Assembly (NCBI RefSeq): GCF_006345805.1
Contig: NC_043015.1
Coordinates: forward strand, 26,598,001-26,662,000
DNA: 64,000 nucleotides
Source: Octopus sinensis
Lineage: Eukaryota
Reading direction: 5' to 3'
Shown here: one piece after another, positions 1 through 12,330 of the stretch
Numbering within the stretch: the first letter of the stretch is position 1
Layout: each line of letters starts with the position of its first letter
Program-made: the position numbers and the translations under genes
The notes under the pieces: model-generated
Databases searched by the model: none
Seen by the model: the letters and a program-made list of their open reading frames with translations, nothing else
What the model was told of the DNA's origin: nothing

Positions 1-831
1 CAGACAGACGTAGAGAGAGAGGGAGATAGTGACAGCGCTGGCGAAGGCGGCGGAGGAAAGATAGTAGACGCTATCAAACGACGTTATAGAGAGAAAGTGA
101 AAGGAAGGGAGAAAGTAATAATGAGTGAATGAGAATAACGACGAAGGGTTTAAAAAGCATAAAAATATTTTCTTTCTCAACTTACTCAACATCTTTTTTT
201 GTTTATAAATAGGAGAGAGATAGATAGAGAAAGATATATATAACAAAGTGGAGTTGTAAGGTACCGCACGAGGGGAATTATATATGAAAGAAGTTTTAAA
301 AAAGCAATTTTAAATTATGTTTATGCACTCTACCGGTTTCACTTTTTAGAAAAAGATTGTCAAAAGTAACATGTTAAAGTTTGGTTGTGTTAATTATTGG
401 TTGTCACAAAATGCTACAATACATATATACATTCTTTAGTAATAAGAACATGTTAAGAACATAAAAAAGTTTAACAAGTTCATTAAAATATATTAGACAC
501 AAAAGATTACAACATATATATACATTCTCAAGAAAATGTTAAAGATAGTTTCCAGAAGGAATTATTAAAAAGTTCAGTGGGATATTGGTATTTTATCTGT
601 ATATACATACACGCACAGAATATTATGAGTTCAAAAATGTTTACATTATAGTAGTAGGGAAGCTCAAACTGACCTGGTCCACCATGTTATCGTAAAAGAC
701 TATTTTCTATTTCAAGGGACACTGTAGGTGTGTTTGGGTGGGGGAAGGAAGAGTAATGTGGAACTTAGTAACTTAGAGTAGGCTCGAACTAGAGATTTCT
801 CTTTGTGGCTAATGGCGTGAGTCCTGATTGG

Positions 832-858
832 AAGAAGAAGAAGAAGAAGAACAAGACG

Positions 859-890
<32 letters not shown>

Positions 891-947
891 GAAGAAGAAG
901 TGGAAAGAAGAAGGAGAAGAAGAAGAAGAAGAAGAAGAAGAAGAAGA
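832..947. repeat. (GAA)n microsatellite
   Basis: Imperfect GAA run seen directly. Confidence 0.95.
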
Positions 948-1793
948 ATGCTTCGTAAAAAGTGAAACCGGTAAAGTAAATAAACATGTTTTAAAATTGC
1001 ATTTTCAAACTTTCTTTCATATATATAATATATATATATTTATATAAATGCATATATATATGTATATGTGCATATATATATATGCATATATGTATGCATA
1101 TATAAGTGTGTGTGTGTGTACATATGAACAGATAGATATGTAGAGATAAACACATATACATGTATATCACAAGAATATTACTGCAAACTTGTGTGAAAGT
1201 GGTGCCGGAAGTGGCATACAGACCATCATATAACTTTTTTGACACGCGCTTGGCGTTATTATTCTTCTCTTCTATTTTACGGATTCAGTGGTACATTCAC
1301 GTTGCGTATTCTTACTTCTCTTTCCGGTTCCTACTAAAATCTCTTTACTGATCACAACCACCTCACGAACCTGTGGTCTTAAGGGACGCTTCGCGTTCCG
1401 ATGGTTGTGAAAAAGTGGTATTACTTATTATTACACCTACTAACTTTAAACAAAGACCACGAAATCATCTTTCTTCCTTCAAATATCGAGAACAAATTAA
1501 ACGAGCAAGTTTGAGCGGTTTCATTTGAACTTGAAGGGATAGGATGTGATATTGAATTGGGAATCATCAGTAGTGCCTTACTATACTATATCTACCGGAC
1601 ATTAGATTATGAATCGCAGCCAGAAATATTATTGTTGCAGATGTGATGCATGATGGTCGTGAAAACAGCACAGTGCAGTTAATATGATACAAAGATCACA
1701 GCCTGTCATCGATTATCTGATGAGAGCATCCTTGGCATTAACTACCGAAATATTTCTACGTTAAAACGTTTGAAAATTACAACGAAACCAATG

Positions 1794-1834
1794 TTCTGCT
1801 GAGGAAATCCAATAAACGTGAAACACGTCCAGAG
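1794..1834 (+). ncRNA. Degenerate minimal type I hammerhead-like motif
   Basis: TTCTG-CTGAGGA-[14 nt]-GAAA-CACG-TC-CAGAG. Stem I (TTCTG/CAGAG) pairs, stem II is very weak, and CACG is one change from the palindromic CGCG typical of Penelope hammerheads. Confidence 0.4.
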
Positions 1835-2257
1835 ATTTTCATTTTAAATGTCGGAAAAAAAGGAAGAAAATATTTGCCATTCTATTAATATTATTCCATT
1901 CCTCTAGCTAAATATTTTCCTCGTATTTTAGCATTTAAATGTTTAATGTTCCAACAGAGTATATGCTTTCACCTGTTTAGCTAATATTTATCTTTGAGAT
2001 GGCGTCTCAAAATAAATATTTAAACGATTCTCTTTCTTTCTGCAACACCAACACGAACGCATTGTTCGACTTTCATTTGCCTGATTATTTAATTTTTAAA
2101 CAATTCGATTCTTCTATGTCAGCAAATATTTTATATTTATAGTGGTTCGTTTCCCTGACATTTCTGCATGTTACGGCGTGGCTTCACTTCCGTTGGGGAT
2201 CCTCCTAATAATGAGAAATCATATCCAGTACCGTCTACCTTAGTTCCCCACCCACGT

Positions 2258-2402
2258 AAAACTAAAAACAAAGAAAGGAAAAAATACAGCTAAATCATGT
2301 TTAACTCTCCTCAACGCACATTTAAAAACTAAAAACAAAGAAAGGAAAAAATACAGCTAAATCATGTTTAACTCTCCTCAACGCACATTTAAAAACTAAA
2401 AC
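2258..2402. repeat. Tandem duplication, 67-bp unit, about 2.1 copies
   Basis: ACTAAAAACAAAGAAAGGAAAAAATACAGC...GCACATTTAAAA starts at 2261 and 2328, with a partial third copy at 2395. Confidence 0.95.
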
Positions 2403-2764
2403 AAAAATTGAATGTTGTTTGTTTTTTTAACCATTTTCATTTTCAATGTTCGGTCATTAAATATCGTTTTATCCACTTAGCAATTATTTTCAATACAACG
2501 ATAAAACATGTCAGGAGTTGACAAAAAATTAATGAGAATATAATTTTAATTATCAAGTGATAATATTTTTTCTCCCATCCAATGTTTGATGGTGTTTATT
2601 CTTTTTTCCAAACATCAAACGAATAGAAGGAATGTATTTACATTCATATTTCTCCCACAGTTAGGCTTTCTAACATTTAGATTTATTTCAGTCCTGTTTC
2701 ACGCTGTCCTGCCTATGAAGCATACACAAAACGTTATTTTCTTCATATATATATATATATATAT

Positions 2765-2807
<43 letters not shown>

Positions 2808-2880
2808 CAAAATACCCTTTAATATCATTTTATTACGTACAGTAAAGTTTATTTGTCAACATAAAGTGGAAGTCCTATAA

Positions 2881-3110
2881 CAAGGGTGATGTAGCTGTTT
2901 TTCAGCCCCAGGAAAACATCTTTTCCAGTTGGCTACCGACACACAGTTTGTGCCCGTACAATATATGCAAGAGAGTTAGGACATCGCTTCCATCTCTGGC
3001 CTTGGGAGCGATGACTTCCCTTGCATATAGTATACGGGCACAAACTGTGTGTCGGGAGCCAAAGAGAAAAAAATGTTCTCCTGGGGCTTAGAGCAGTAAC
3101 ATTGTCTTTG
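2881..3110. mobile_element. Fold-back MITE-like element, palindromic over nearly its whole length
   Basis: CCGACACACAGTTTGTGCCCGTA pairs with TACGGGCACAAACTGTGTGTCGG; AGCCCCAGGA pairs with TCCTGGGGCT; inner CATCGCTTCCA pairs with TGGGAGCGATG. Confidence 0.75.
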
Positions 3111-5378
3111 TATGGTCGCAAATAAACTTTGCTATCCGGTGCAGTTAATGTATATTTATCGAGCAGACATTTAAAACAAGTTGTTTTTCTCTTCATTACG
3201 GACACTTAACTTTCTGAAGCCAATTCCTGTCAGTTTGGATCGGACAGCTAAATAATCAGCAACGAAGATCACAAATGATCCTGGAATAACTTTGACCATA
3301 GCCTTCCTTGAACACTATTTGTCTGGGTCAAGACAATATCAAGAAACGTACCGTTAGTTGTGTTCTTAGCTTCTTGTGCTACGTGTGCGTAGGATGCACA
3401 ACCACAATGTGTGTGTGTTTGTGTGTATGAGTGTTTGTGAGTGTTTGGGTGTGTGTTGTGTTTGTTTGTTTGTGTGTGTGTGAGTGTGTGTATGTGTGTG
3501 TCGAACTGCATTAATCAATGAGGCTTCTTCACATTTTCCTTTTTAGAAAATGTTAGGGATAATTTGAGGGAGATTTGGCTACTTTGATTGAAGTAGTTCA
3601 GTTTTACTTTGAGATTCTGTTGTTAAATATAAATAGAAAACTGCCAAGCGAAACTTGATTTAAAGGAATTTAAATAATACCAAGAATAATAAGATCAATT
3701 AATTTTTTAGCTTCTAATGTTACAGTCAATCTTCCCGTGTATGTTGGTTAAACTGATTTTCTTCCAAATTTTCTTTTTAAAGGTGCTAATACCTTTAACA
3801 ACTCCAAAATATATTGAAGAATTGATCGTAACACTAGAAGGTAAGAAAATAATTGATGTTAATTTTTGGTACATTTAAAATGTTTCTCAATTCGGTTTTT
3901 CTTTTCGTACTTTTTCGATTAACGCGTTCATACAGTCTTGCACGATTTTATGTAGGAGGTGGCAGATTGGTGTGAAGGAAGAAGTTGTTTTTCACTTTGA
4001 AATTCTTTTGGACGATATTAGCAAGAAATCTATAAATGAAGTACTTAATTCAAAAGGGCTTGTAATTCTGTAAAGTAACCATTGAGAAAGGTATGTAGTT
4101 ATTGGATGAGAAGAGATGTAATACATACCAGAGGTTGGGAGAGTCGAGTAACTAAATAAATGCTGTGGATTTGAGCTGGTGTGATAGAGTGTATCTATGT
4201 TCATATAAACAGAAACTGGTGGCATATGAGGAGCTCGAGAAAGAAAGAAAGAGAGGCAGCGACAAAACAGTACATACCAGAGATCGGATTTGTCAGTTGT
4301 TTTTGTTTGTATTGTGTAGTCATAAATATGGCCATATCAATTAAAAGTATGATGAACAAAAACTTTACAACGCCTATTATGAACAAAAACTTTAAAACTA
4401 TGGTCAAGTCCCTCTTTTCTCAGTTGTTGTCTACCTAAGGTCACATGATTATATTTGTTAGGACAATAGGTTTTAAGCCGGAGAACTTTACTTCTATTTC
4501 GAACATGTAGAGCAACCACAAAGGACTCACTTCTTACGTTTGTACATGAATCGTAGTCAATCTGACGTTGTAATAGAATTTTGTGCAGATAATGCTACTA
4601 AAAATGGATCAATCCGTTATGAGGAATTCAGGTGATGGTTAATTTATACTGTTTCGCAGTGCAGTCAGTCACGCTGTTTTACACCTTTGATTTTAGATGT
4701 CAACAGCACCGTTGCTTTGGTACCTATTTACATCGTCGGTGAAGCGAGGCGTTGGCAATTAAGTGCATTCGCCACGGACAGATAAGGCAAATAATAGTGT
4801 TTGACATGTCATCCGTTGCTTTCGTACTTTGAAACACGAGAAGGTAAAAGAGAAAGAAAGAGAGAAGGAGGAAAGAGAGAGGGTGAAGAGAAAAGAAAGA
4901 GAGAGAGAGAACACTGAAACCATTTTGAACTGGAAGCGAAATCGAATGACGATTGGACAATGGGGCTGGTGTTTGGGGAAATAAGAGAATGCAATCTCAA
5001 TAGAAATGTAAATAGTAGTGGTGTCTGTGTCCGTTGTGAAGTGAAATCAAGTGAATGGGAAACAGTGCGGCGGTTGTTACGGTTAATATTATAATAATAA
5101 TATGGTAATATAATAAACTAAACTGTAACACAGCTCATTGTAGTGCATATCATATCATAATATGTGATGTATAATATAATGTAATTTATAATTAAGTAAT
5201 GGAATCTAGCTGCCAGGATCGGAAGACAATAATCGGATTGAGAATATACACAGCAAGGGTGTATATAGTGATGTAGAATGATAAAATGGACGGAGACTAA
5301 CATTTCGTGCATATCATAAAGATACTATCGTTAAGATATATATATATATACATATATATATACATATATATACATGCA

Positions 5379-5412
<34 letters not shown>

Positions 5413-5465
5413 CATACATACATACATATATACATATATACATATATACATGTATATATTTATAC

Positions 5466-5529
<64 letters not shown>

Positions 5530-6384
5530 ATATATATATAGGGAGAGAGAGAGAGAGATTATTATATTTTCGTCAGATTCATGCGAGTTGTGATTGTATT
5601 ACCAAGTGTAACTGGTAATATGAGGCATGTACAGTATTGGTTGTCTTTTATTTTTCAGTGGGGGAGTGGGCAGCTGCTAGTATACCATGTTAGTTTTCTG
5701 TATTACGGGGCTTCGTTTTGTTACTATTACACTTGTTTTAGGTCTCCTTCTATTCTGTAAAACATTGAAACGACGGTTTGGTTTGATTGAAACGTGATAA
5801 CGCTGCATTTGTGTTTCTTGTGTCATTCATATTAGGATTTTCAGTTTCAAGCAGAGATAAAATATGGTTTATGTGGAATTCGGTGCTATATATGGCCAGC
5901 ATCAGCGGCTTGTACATGTATTGAAGACAAAATATGTGAGTTATTGGTGTTATATTGTTGAGTAAGATTTATATAGAAGATTACATGTTGTGGTGGGGGT
6001 GAGATCCTCATAGAGAATGTATGTTGCGTAAGTGGTGTTGAATTATTGGGTGATTAATGAGATAAAACACTGAATACGTCGTCAGTTTTGTTATTAAAAT
6101 GAATTTCTATCCAGCAGAATATGAGCTGTTCTAAGTAAAGTGATTTCTTCTCGAATTGATATCGGGAGTCCCGAAAAGACTAATGTGTTTTTTTTTTTCA
6201 TTATTATCCTGTGTCCCGAAGTATTGTTGGGTTTGTTTCTCTTCAATGTATTGTTCTCTACCTCAATGTTCACATTTCTGAATTTTGGCAAACTATTCTT
6301 TTCATACAACGTTTTGGAAAGTATCGTGATATAGTAATATGCATATATACATATATATGTGTGTGTGCGTGTGTGTGTGCATAT

Positions 6385-6446
<62 letters not shown>

Positions 6447-6632
6447 TAAGTAATTAAGAGTTTAGCAACGATTTGCCTCACCACACACCGAATTTAGAAA
6501 TAGCAGTCAAAGAGTTATAGCTATTCTTTCTACTAAAAGGGAGATCTCAGTAAAACCACAGCACTTGAAAGGCAAACACAGACAGGCAAGAGAGAAAGAA
6601 ATGACGACAATCGATCATACAATATTAAGTCA

Positions 6633-6723
6633 CCTACGGACGTACGTTTCGAAATTAAGTTTTAGGAAAGCATAAGAATTAGATAATTATGTCTTACCCA
6701 ACTTTTTTTCTCATCAGCGTAGG
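6633..6723 (-). ncRNA. Type I hammerhead ribozyme (mirror copy in the left arm)
   Basis: Reverse complement of 7013-7102 with the core intact. Confidence 0.85.
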
Positions 6724-7012
6724 ACACTACAATTATGAATAATTGTATATTAAATTTCGAGGTACTAGAAGACATCATCTCAACTCAGTATCAGAGCGAG
6801 CTAAAGCCGTTACCAGTATCACCAAATTCAAAGTGTGAATGAAAGTTTGTGTCACAACCCCCTCCCACCAGCGTGCAGCCAAGACACAAACTTTCATTCA
6901 CACTTTGAATTTGGTGATACTGGTAACGGCTTTAGCTCGCTCTGATACTGAGTTGAGATGATGTCTTCTAGTACCTCGAAATTAAATATACAATTATTCA
7001 TAACTGTAGTGT

Positions 7013-7102
7013 CCTACGCTGATGAGAAAAAAGTTGGGTAAGACATAATTATCTAATTCTTATGCTTTCCTAAAACTTAATTTCGAAACGTACGTCCGTA
7101 GG
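7013..7102 (+). ncRNA. Type I hammerhead ribozyme (Penelope/retrozyme type)
   Basis: CCTACG-CTGATGA-G[long stem II]C-GAAA-CGTACG-TC-CGTAGG. The core is intact, stem I is a perfect 6 bp, stem III is palindromic, and the predicted cut is after C7096 (GUC). Confidence 0.85.
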
Positions 7103-7387
7103 TGACTTAATATTGTATGATCGATTGTCGTCATTTCTTTCTCTCTTGCCTGTCTGTGTTTGCCTTTCAAGTGCTGTGGTTTTACTGAGATCTCCCTTTT
7201 AGTAGAAAGAATAGCTATAACTCTTTGACTGCTATTTCTAAATTCGGTGTGTGGTGAGGCAAATCGTTGCTAAACCCTTAATTACTTAGTATTACTTAAA
7301 CTTTCCTCGAATGGGGCTTTTACATGCCGAAATTTACTTGGTGAAATGAATGATTATTCCAAATTAATTAATTTCACCCTATATTAT

Positions 7388-7437
<50 letters not shown>

Positions 7438-7525
7438 GAGAATTCACGAAAAAACAAAAGACGAAGACAGGTGGTGTAGAAAACAAGCAGATGTATTAGT
7501 ATAACGGTCAGGAATGGAAAAAAGT

Positions 7526-7561
7526 CTTTTACGTTTCGAACCTACGCTCTTCTACAGAAAG
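7526..7561 (-). ncRNA. Variant minimal hammerhead-like motif in a probable Penelope terminal fragment
   Basis: Minus strand CTTT-CTGTAGA-A-GAGC-GTAG-GTTC-GAAA-CG-TA-AAAG. The core box is non-canonical (CUGUAGA). Confidence 0.4.
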
Positions 7562-7782
7562 GAACACACAAAGAAATAAGGAGATAAACAAGGAGAGAAA
7601 AATGTGTGTGGTGGCTACCGATATATCATGGCAACTCATACATATACATACATATATATATATGTATGTATATACTTATATTAAGGGAAAATGCCGAGGT
7701 ACTCAGACACTGCTGAAAACTCCAAAATATAAATGGATTGTAGTCGGGCGAGTGAAAAAAGTATTAAAAAGACTTCACATTA

Positions 7783-7849
7783 ATTGTGAATTGGGTCCAA
7801 TTTCTGGATTAAAGCCATGAATTAAGGTTTTTTCCTTCATCAACACGAT
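7783..7849 (-). ncRNA. Hammerhead-like motif with UUGAUGA core
   Basis: Minus strand ATCGTG-TTGATGA-AGGA...TCCA-GAAA-TTGG-AC-CCAA-TT-CACAAT. Stem I pairs at 5 of 6 positions, and the first pair of stem II is mismatched. Confidence 0.5.
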
Positions 7850-7991
7850 ACGCGTGAAATATAAATACAAATAATTATACGTACCTGTACAAAGCAGATT
7901 CGCACGTCTACATACAAATATTAGCATTTATAGATCATATATACGTGCAAATGTATAAAATCAAAATAAGTAGCAGGATGTCAAGTATTAG

Positions 7992-8077
7992 TACAATACG
8001 ACCGTTCCAAGCGGCTCCATTTCATTGAAAAATGCAAGCATTACACCAATTTAAATACAGCGCTATCATCAGTTGCA
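7992..8077 (-). ncRNA. Degenerate type I hammerhead
   Basis: Minus strand TGCAA-CTGATGA-TAGCG...CGCTT-GGAA-CGGTCG-TA-TTGTA. The GAAA box reads GGAA. Confidence 0.5.
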
Positions 8078-8109
8078 ATAAACGTGGAATTTACACATAC
8101 ACACACACG

Positions 8110-8194
<85 letters not shown>

Positions 8195-8314
8195 TATATA
8201 TATACACACACACACATTCATACATACTTACATACATAAATATATGCACACACAGAAAGTTTTATATATATATATATATAAACATATATATACTTATATA
8301 CATACATCACGCTT

Positions 8315-8420
8315 TCCGCGTGGCACATTGGGGAAGTGTCTTCTTCTACTACAGCCTCGGGCAGACCCAAGTTTTGTCAGTGGATTTGGTAGATGGAAAA
8401 TGAAGAAGCCTGTCGTATAT
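8315..8420 (+). mobile_element. SINE fragment (same family as 51545-51860)
   Basis: GTGGCACATTGGGAAGTGTCTTC...AGCCTCGGGCAGACCCAAG...AGTGGATTTGGTAGA resembles 51610-51690. Confidence 0.6.
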
Positions 8421-8955
8421 ATGGAGGTGTGTGCGTGTAGTTAAATATACAGACTAAGAGGGTGTGTCTGTGCAGTAGTGTCTCATTTTATATATATGTG
8501 TCTATCCTTCACTTTACTTAGTCATACTTATACACAACTGACTCATGCAAGCACGCATGTATATATTCACGCACACACAAATTATACCAAACATATACAC
8601 AAACAAACACACACACATACATATATCACATCACATATTATTTCCCACTTATGCACACATAGGAACTAAATCCGAGACCTAGATACACGTGCGTGTGCAG
8701 TTTATGTCATCAACAGATGCATCTATGTATGAATAATTGATTATACGAATAACTGAATGGATTTCAAGGATGCCAGAGCAGAGGTGGGTACGGTGGTAAT
8801 ATTTCAGATCTAATGTATATTTGAGCCCCGGAGGGTCCTTAATAGCATTTATAATTGACAATTTACAATATATACACATATACACATTATATATATGTAT
8901 GCAAATATATATATATATATATATATATGTATTTATGTATCTATGTATATATATA

Positions 8956-9009
<54 letters not shown>

Positions 9010-10599
9010 ACATGTACGTAATAATAAGGATATGTATATTCACGCATACATGATATATATACATAGATATACATATGTGTGCGTGCGTGAATATGTATAT
9101 ATATATATATAATAAAACCTTTTAGCACGAACTTCCTCTGCTTCCTATTAAAGTGCATGTTTGCACTTCCTGTCACTTAGAAATGAATCTATTAGGGAAC
9201 AATACAAAATAGCCTACCACAACCAACACCGCCTCCTATATATCACCACACACCTACTGACACCATCATCTTTACCGCCAACACCATCATCACCCAATCC
9301 ATCATCTTAACCAAAACCACCACCACCACCACGTATTTTAAATCGCACCTCACCGTCTTAGAAATGGAATCACAAATGAAATAATGCCGCCATAAATGCA
9401 TTAAACTTTACGAATAACATCGTGATGGGCATGTTTGGATCTCTTTTGATGTTAGATTTGATGGATCGTTCTTTACCTGAGATGCAATATATCAATATTT
9501 ATCCGAAAAATTACTTCTTAAGGCAACAACACACATCTACAACATTAACGCAAACCTTTCTTTTTTCCAGATTCGGTTAAATGAAGTACCAGTTATACAC
9601 TGAGATTTAGCAGAGGGTCTACAAAGATTGTTGGATGAGATGAAGGATGGAGTGGAAAGCATCATACAGTTTGATATTGAACAAATTAGTAATTTATAAA
9701 TCTTTCATACAAAACGAAATATGTTTGAATAAGATTGTTAAAAAAAAGAATTATTAAAACAAAATAGTTGTATGTATAATAAGCCTTCACTTTTATAAAC
9801 CAGGGCACAGCACTTCCTTGATAACAGCTGTAGTGTGTTTTATAATGGTATTATTCTGGATTGATGTTGTCTAAATCTTCCTAAAGCAGAGCGACTGTTC
9901 TATGATCAAGGCAAAGATCTACGTTTTTTTTATTTTTTTATCGTTGATATATAATACTTCAGTTGAAATGTTTGTTAGCGATGTCCCTAAATCATGGTCG
10001 GATCAGAACAGATAACCGCTTGTCTGTTTGACAAGGAATAAATAAGTTCTTTTCTCTCTCCACAAGCCTCATTTATTGTGGAATATAACTATTAGGCCAG
10101 TGCGCAAAATAAATCCATATTTTCGATCTAACTGCATAATGTTCAATATTACGTGACCTTTGCTTTGAAACAATACTAGCAAAACATATCCCTTCACTCT
10201 TCATGTTTACACCTGAAGCGATACGTGCTTGCTGACTGATATTGCCCTTTCTGGTTGTTGTTGTTGTTGTTGCTGTAGATAAGGTTTCCTGTCGCTACAA
10301 TTAAATTTGTTTTTTAATTCGTGCATATCATTAATATTTTAGTTTGCAACAGGTACTTTTTTGTTTCCTTTTTTTTTTGCTTCTCATCTGCGTGTGAAAT
10401 CCATTATTTTGTTCTGACGTGGCTTAAAGTGTTGTTCCTGGCCATATTTTATTCCGTGACGTGAGAGAAAAATATATTAAACATTGTCTAAAAATAAAAG
10501 ACAAAAAGTACTTCTATCGGTCCCTGTAAGGGGAAACTCCAAAACTCCAAAACCACACGAAACAATCTTTTCTACTCTAGGCACAAGGCTTACTACTTG

Positions 10600-12070
10600 C
10601 AGCCTACGGTAACATGCTATTCGTTCTTTTGAGCTATCTACTACTTACCTGATTATTCTGGCCGTACCAAGGAGGTAAATCTTTTGTAACTTCTACTGGA
10701 CACCCTATTACAATTTCCTTTCTATTCCTCTTGATGCCTTCTGATACTGTCCCCAAGAACACAACAATAATTGGTACTATCTTCACCTTCTTCATTTTCC
10801 ATAGCCGGGCTATTCGTACTTAAGAGAGATGTACCTATATATCTTTACGGTTTCCTTCTTGACTCGTGGGTCAAAGAGGTATGCAGCATACAAGAAAATA
10901 TATGATGCACCTTGTCCACCACCACTAGATCCGGTCTGTTATTCTCTAGCACCTGATTTATTCGGTTTGGGATTCTGTGACTCTGCCACTCTCTGCAGTT
11001 TGTCTCATACTACTTCTTGCTACTCTCTAGCCCCCACGTTTTGCACAGTTTCCAATGTAGCACTTTCGCTACCTGATTGTGTAGCCACAACTTGTAGTGG
11101 ATTTGGGCAAGTCTAGGGTATTCACTAGTGATATGGTTAATTATTTCATCAACTCCACTACAGATGCGGCACCACAGAGACACTTGCTCGTTCCGCAGGT
11201 TGACCCTCCAGTTCGTGGCCAGAGCTTGGTCCTGTGCTGCCAGTATCGTGCACACGATCTCTTTTATTAGGGTTCCTTTCATCAGCTATTCTCACCTCTT
11301 TTTTCCAGCAACTTCTAGAATTGATTGTGTAGTCCCTTCTTGCGTAATTCTTCTTCATGTCCTTTTTCTACATCTTTTGTTTTCCCTTTTTTCTCTGCTC
11401 TCAATACCCCCTCTTTCCTAACTGTCACTAGCAATGTTTCCTTACTTTGGGCTAGGTATCTCATTAAGCTCTCGAGTTCGAAACGCACGCAGTCTTCCAC
11501 ATGTATCAGCCCCCTTCCTCCATTTGCTCTCTTCATGTATACGCACTCAGTGTCTGTTCGTGGAAGATGGACTCCATGCATCGTTTGCAGCTTTCTTGAC
11601 TTCCTGTCGATCTTACACAGCGCCTCCTTATTTTTCGAGCACCATCCGGAGTATTCGAGCAGTTCCAAGAAGTGTTGTGTTCTGCAAGTGCTCCACCCTT
11701 ATTGCATCCCATATTTGTTCCATGTACTTTTCGAGAATTTTACTCACTGTTTTCAGGGTTCCGACAATTATTGGTACCACTACCACCTTTTTATCATCGA
11801 CCACAACTGCTTTACCGCCCAAGCTAACCTTTCATACCTATCGACTTTTCTTTCTTCCTTATAACATACCTTGCTGTCAGCTGGGCATGCTATATCTATG
11901 ATTCAGCATAGTTTGCTTTATCTCTCAATTAACGCTATCTCTGACTTCCTATTCCCTATCTCATGGTCGCACTGAATCATAAAATCCGACAGGATCTTTG
12001 AATTATCCTTTTCGATGACGCTTTCGGGTTTGTGGTCGTACCAGTTTTTTGTTCCGTCAAGTCCATACTT
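10600..12070 (-). mobile_element. Degenerate R4/Dong-like non-LTR retrotransposon fragments (RT C-terminus, zinc knuckle, restriction-like endonuclease)
   Basis: Peptides MKRANGGRGLIHVEDC, AAQDQALATN..CRIC...HITSEYPRLAQIHY...HNQVAKVLHWKLCK and VVPIIVGTL...LQNTTLLGTARILRMVLE. It abuts a (TAA)n array. Confidence 0.8.
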
Positions 12071-12119
12071 GATTATTATTATTATTATTATTATATTATT
12101 ATTATTATTATTATTATTA

Positions 12120-12152
<33 letters not shown>

Positions 12153-12199
12153 CATTATTATTATTATTATCATCATTATTATTATTATTATTATCATCA

Positions 12200-12230
<31 letters not shown>

Positions 12231-12274
12231 CATTATTATTATTATTATCATCATTATTATTATTATTATTATCA

Positions 12275-12317
<43 letters not shown>

Positions 12318-12330
12318 CATTATTATTATT
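12071..12330. repeat. (TAT/CAT)n microsatellite
   Basis: Seen directly. Confidence 0.95.

Larger units (their letters stand above)
6443..7292. repeat. Long near-perfect inverted repeat (arms 6443-6853 and 6883-7292, 29-nt loop); probable inverted Penelope pseudo-LTR pair
   Basis: The arms are reverse complements with about 3 mismatches and 1 indel counted by eye. It is flanked by (TA)n, and each arm contains a hammerhead. Confidence 0.95.

Noticed and set aside
2258-2402. Tandem repeats as a CRISPR-like array
   Set aside because: A head-to-tail duplication without unique spacers, in a eukaryotic context with no cas genes.
5640-6330. Possible very old LINE RT C-terminal remnant on the minus strand
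   Set aside because: Only a vague YKPLM-like similarity, too degenerate to call.
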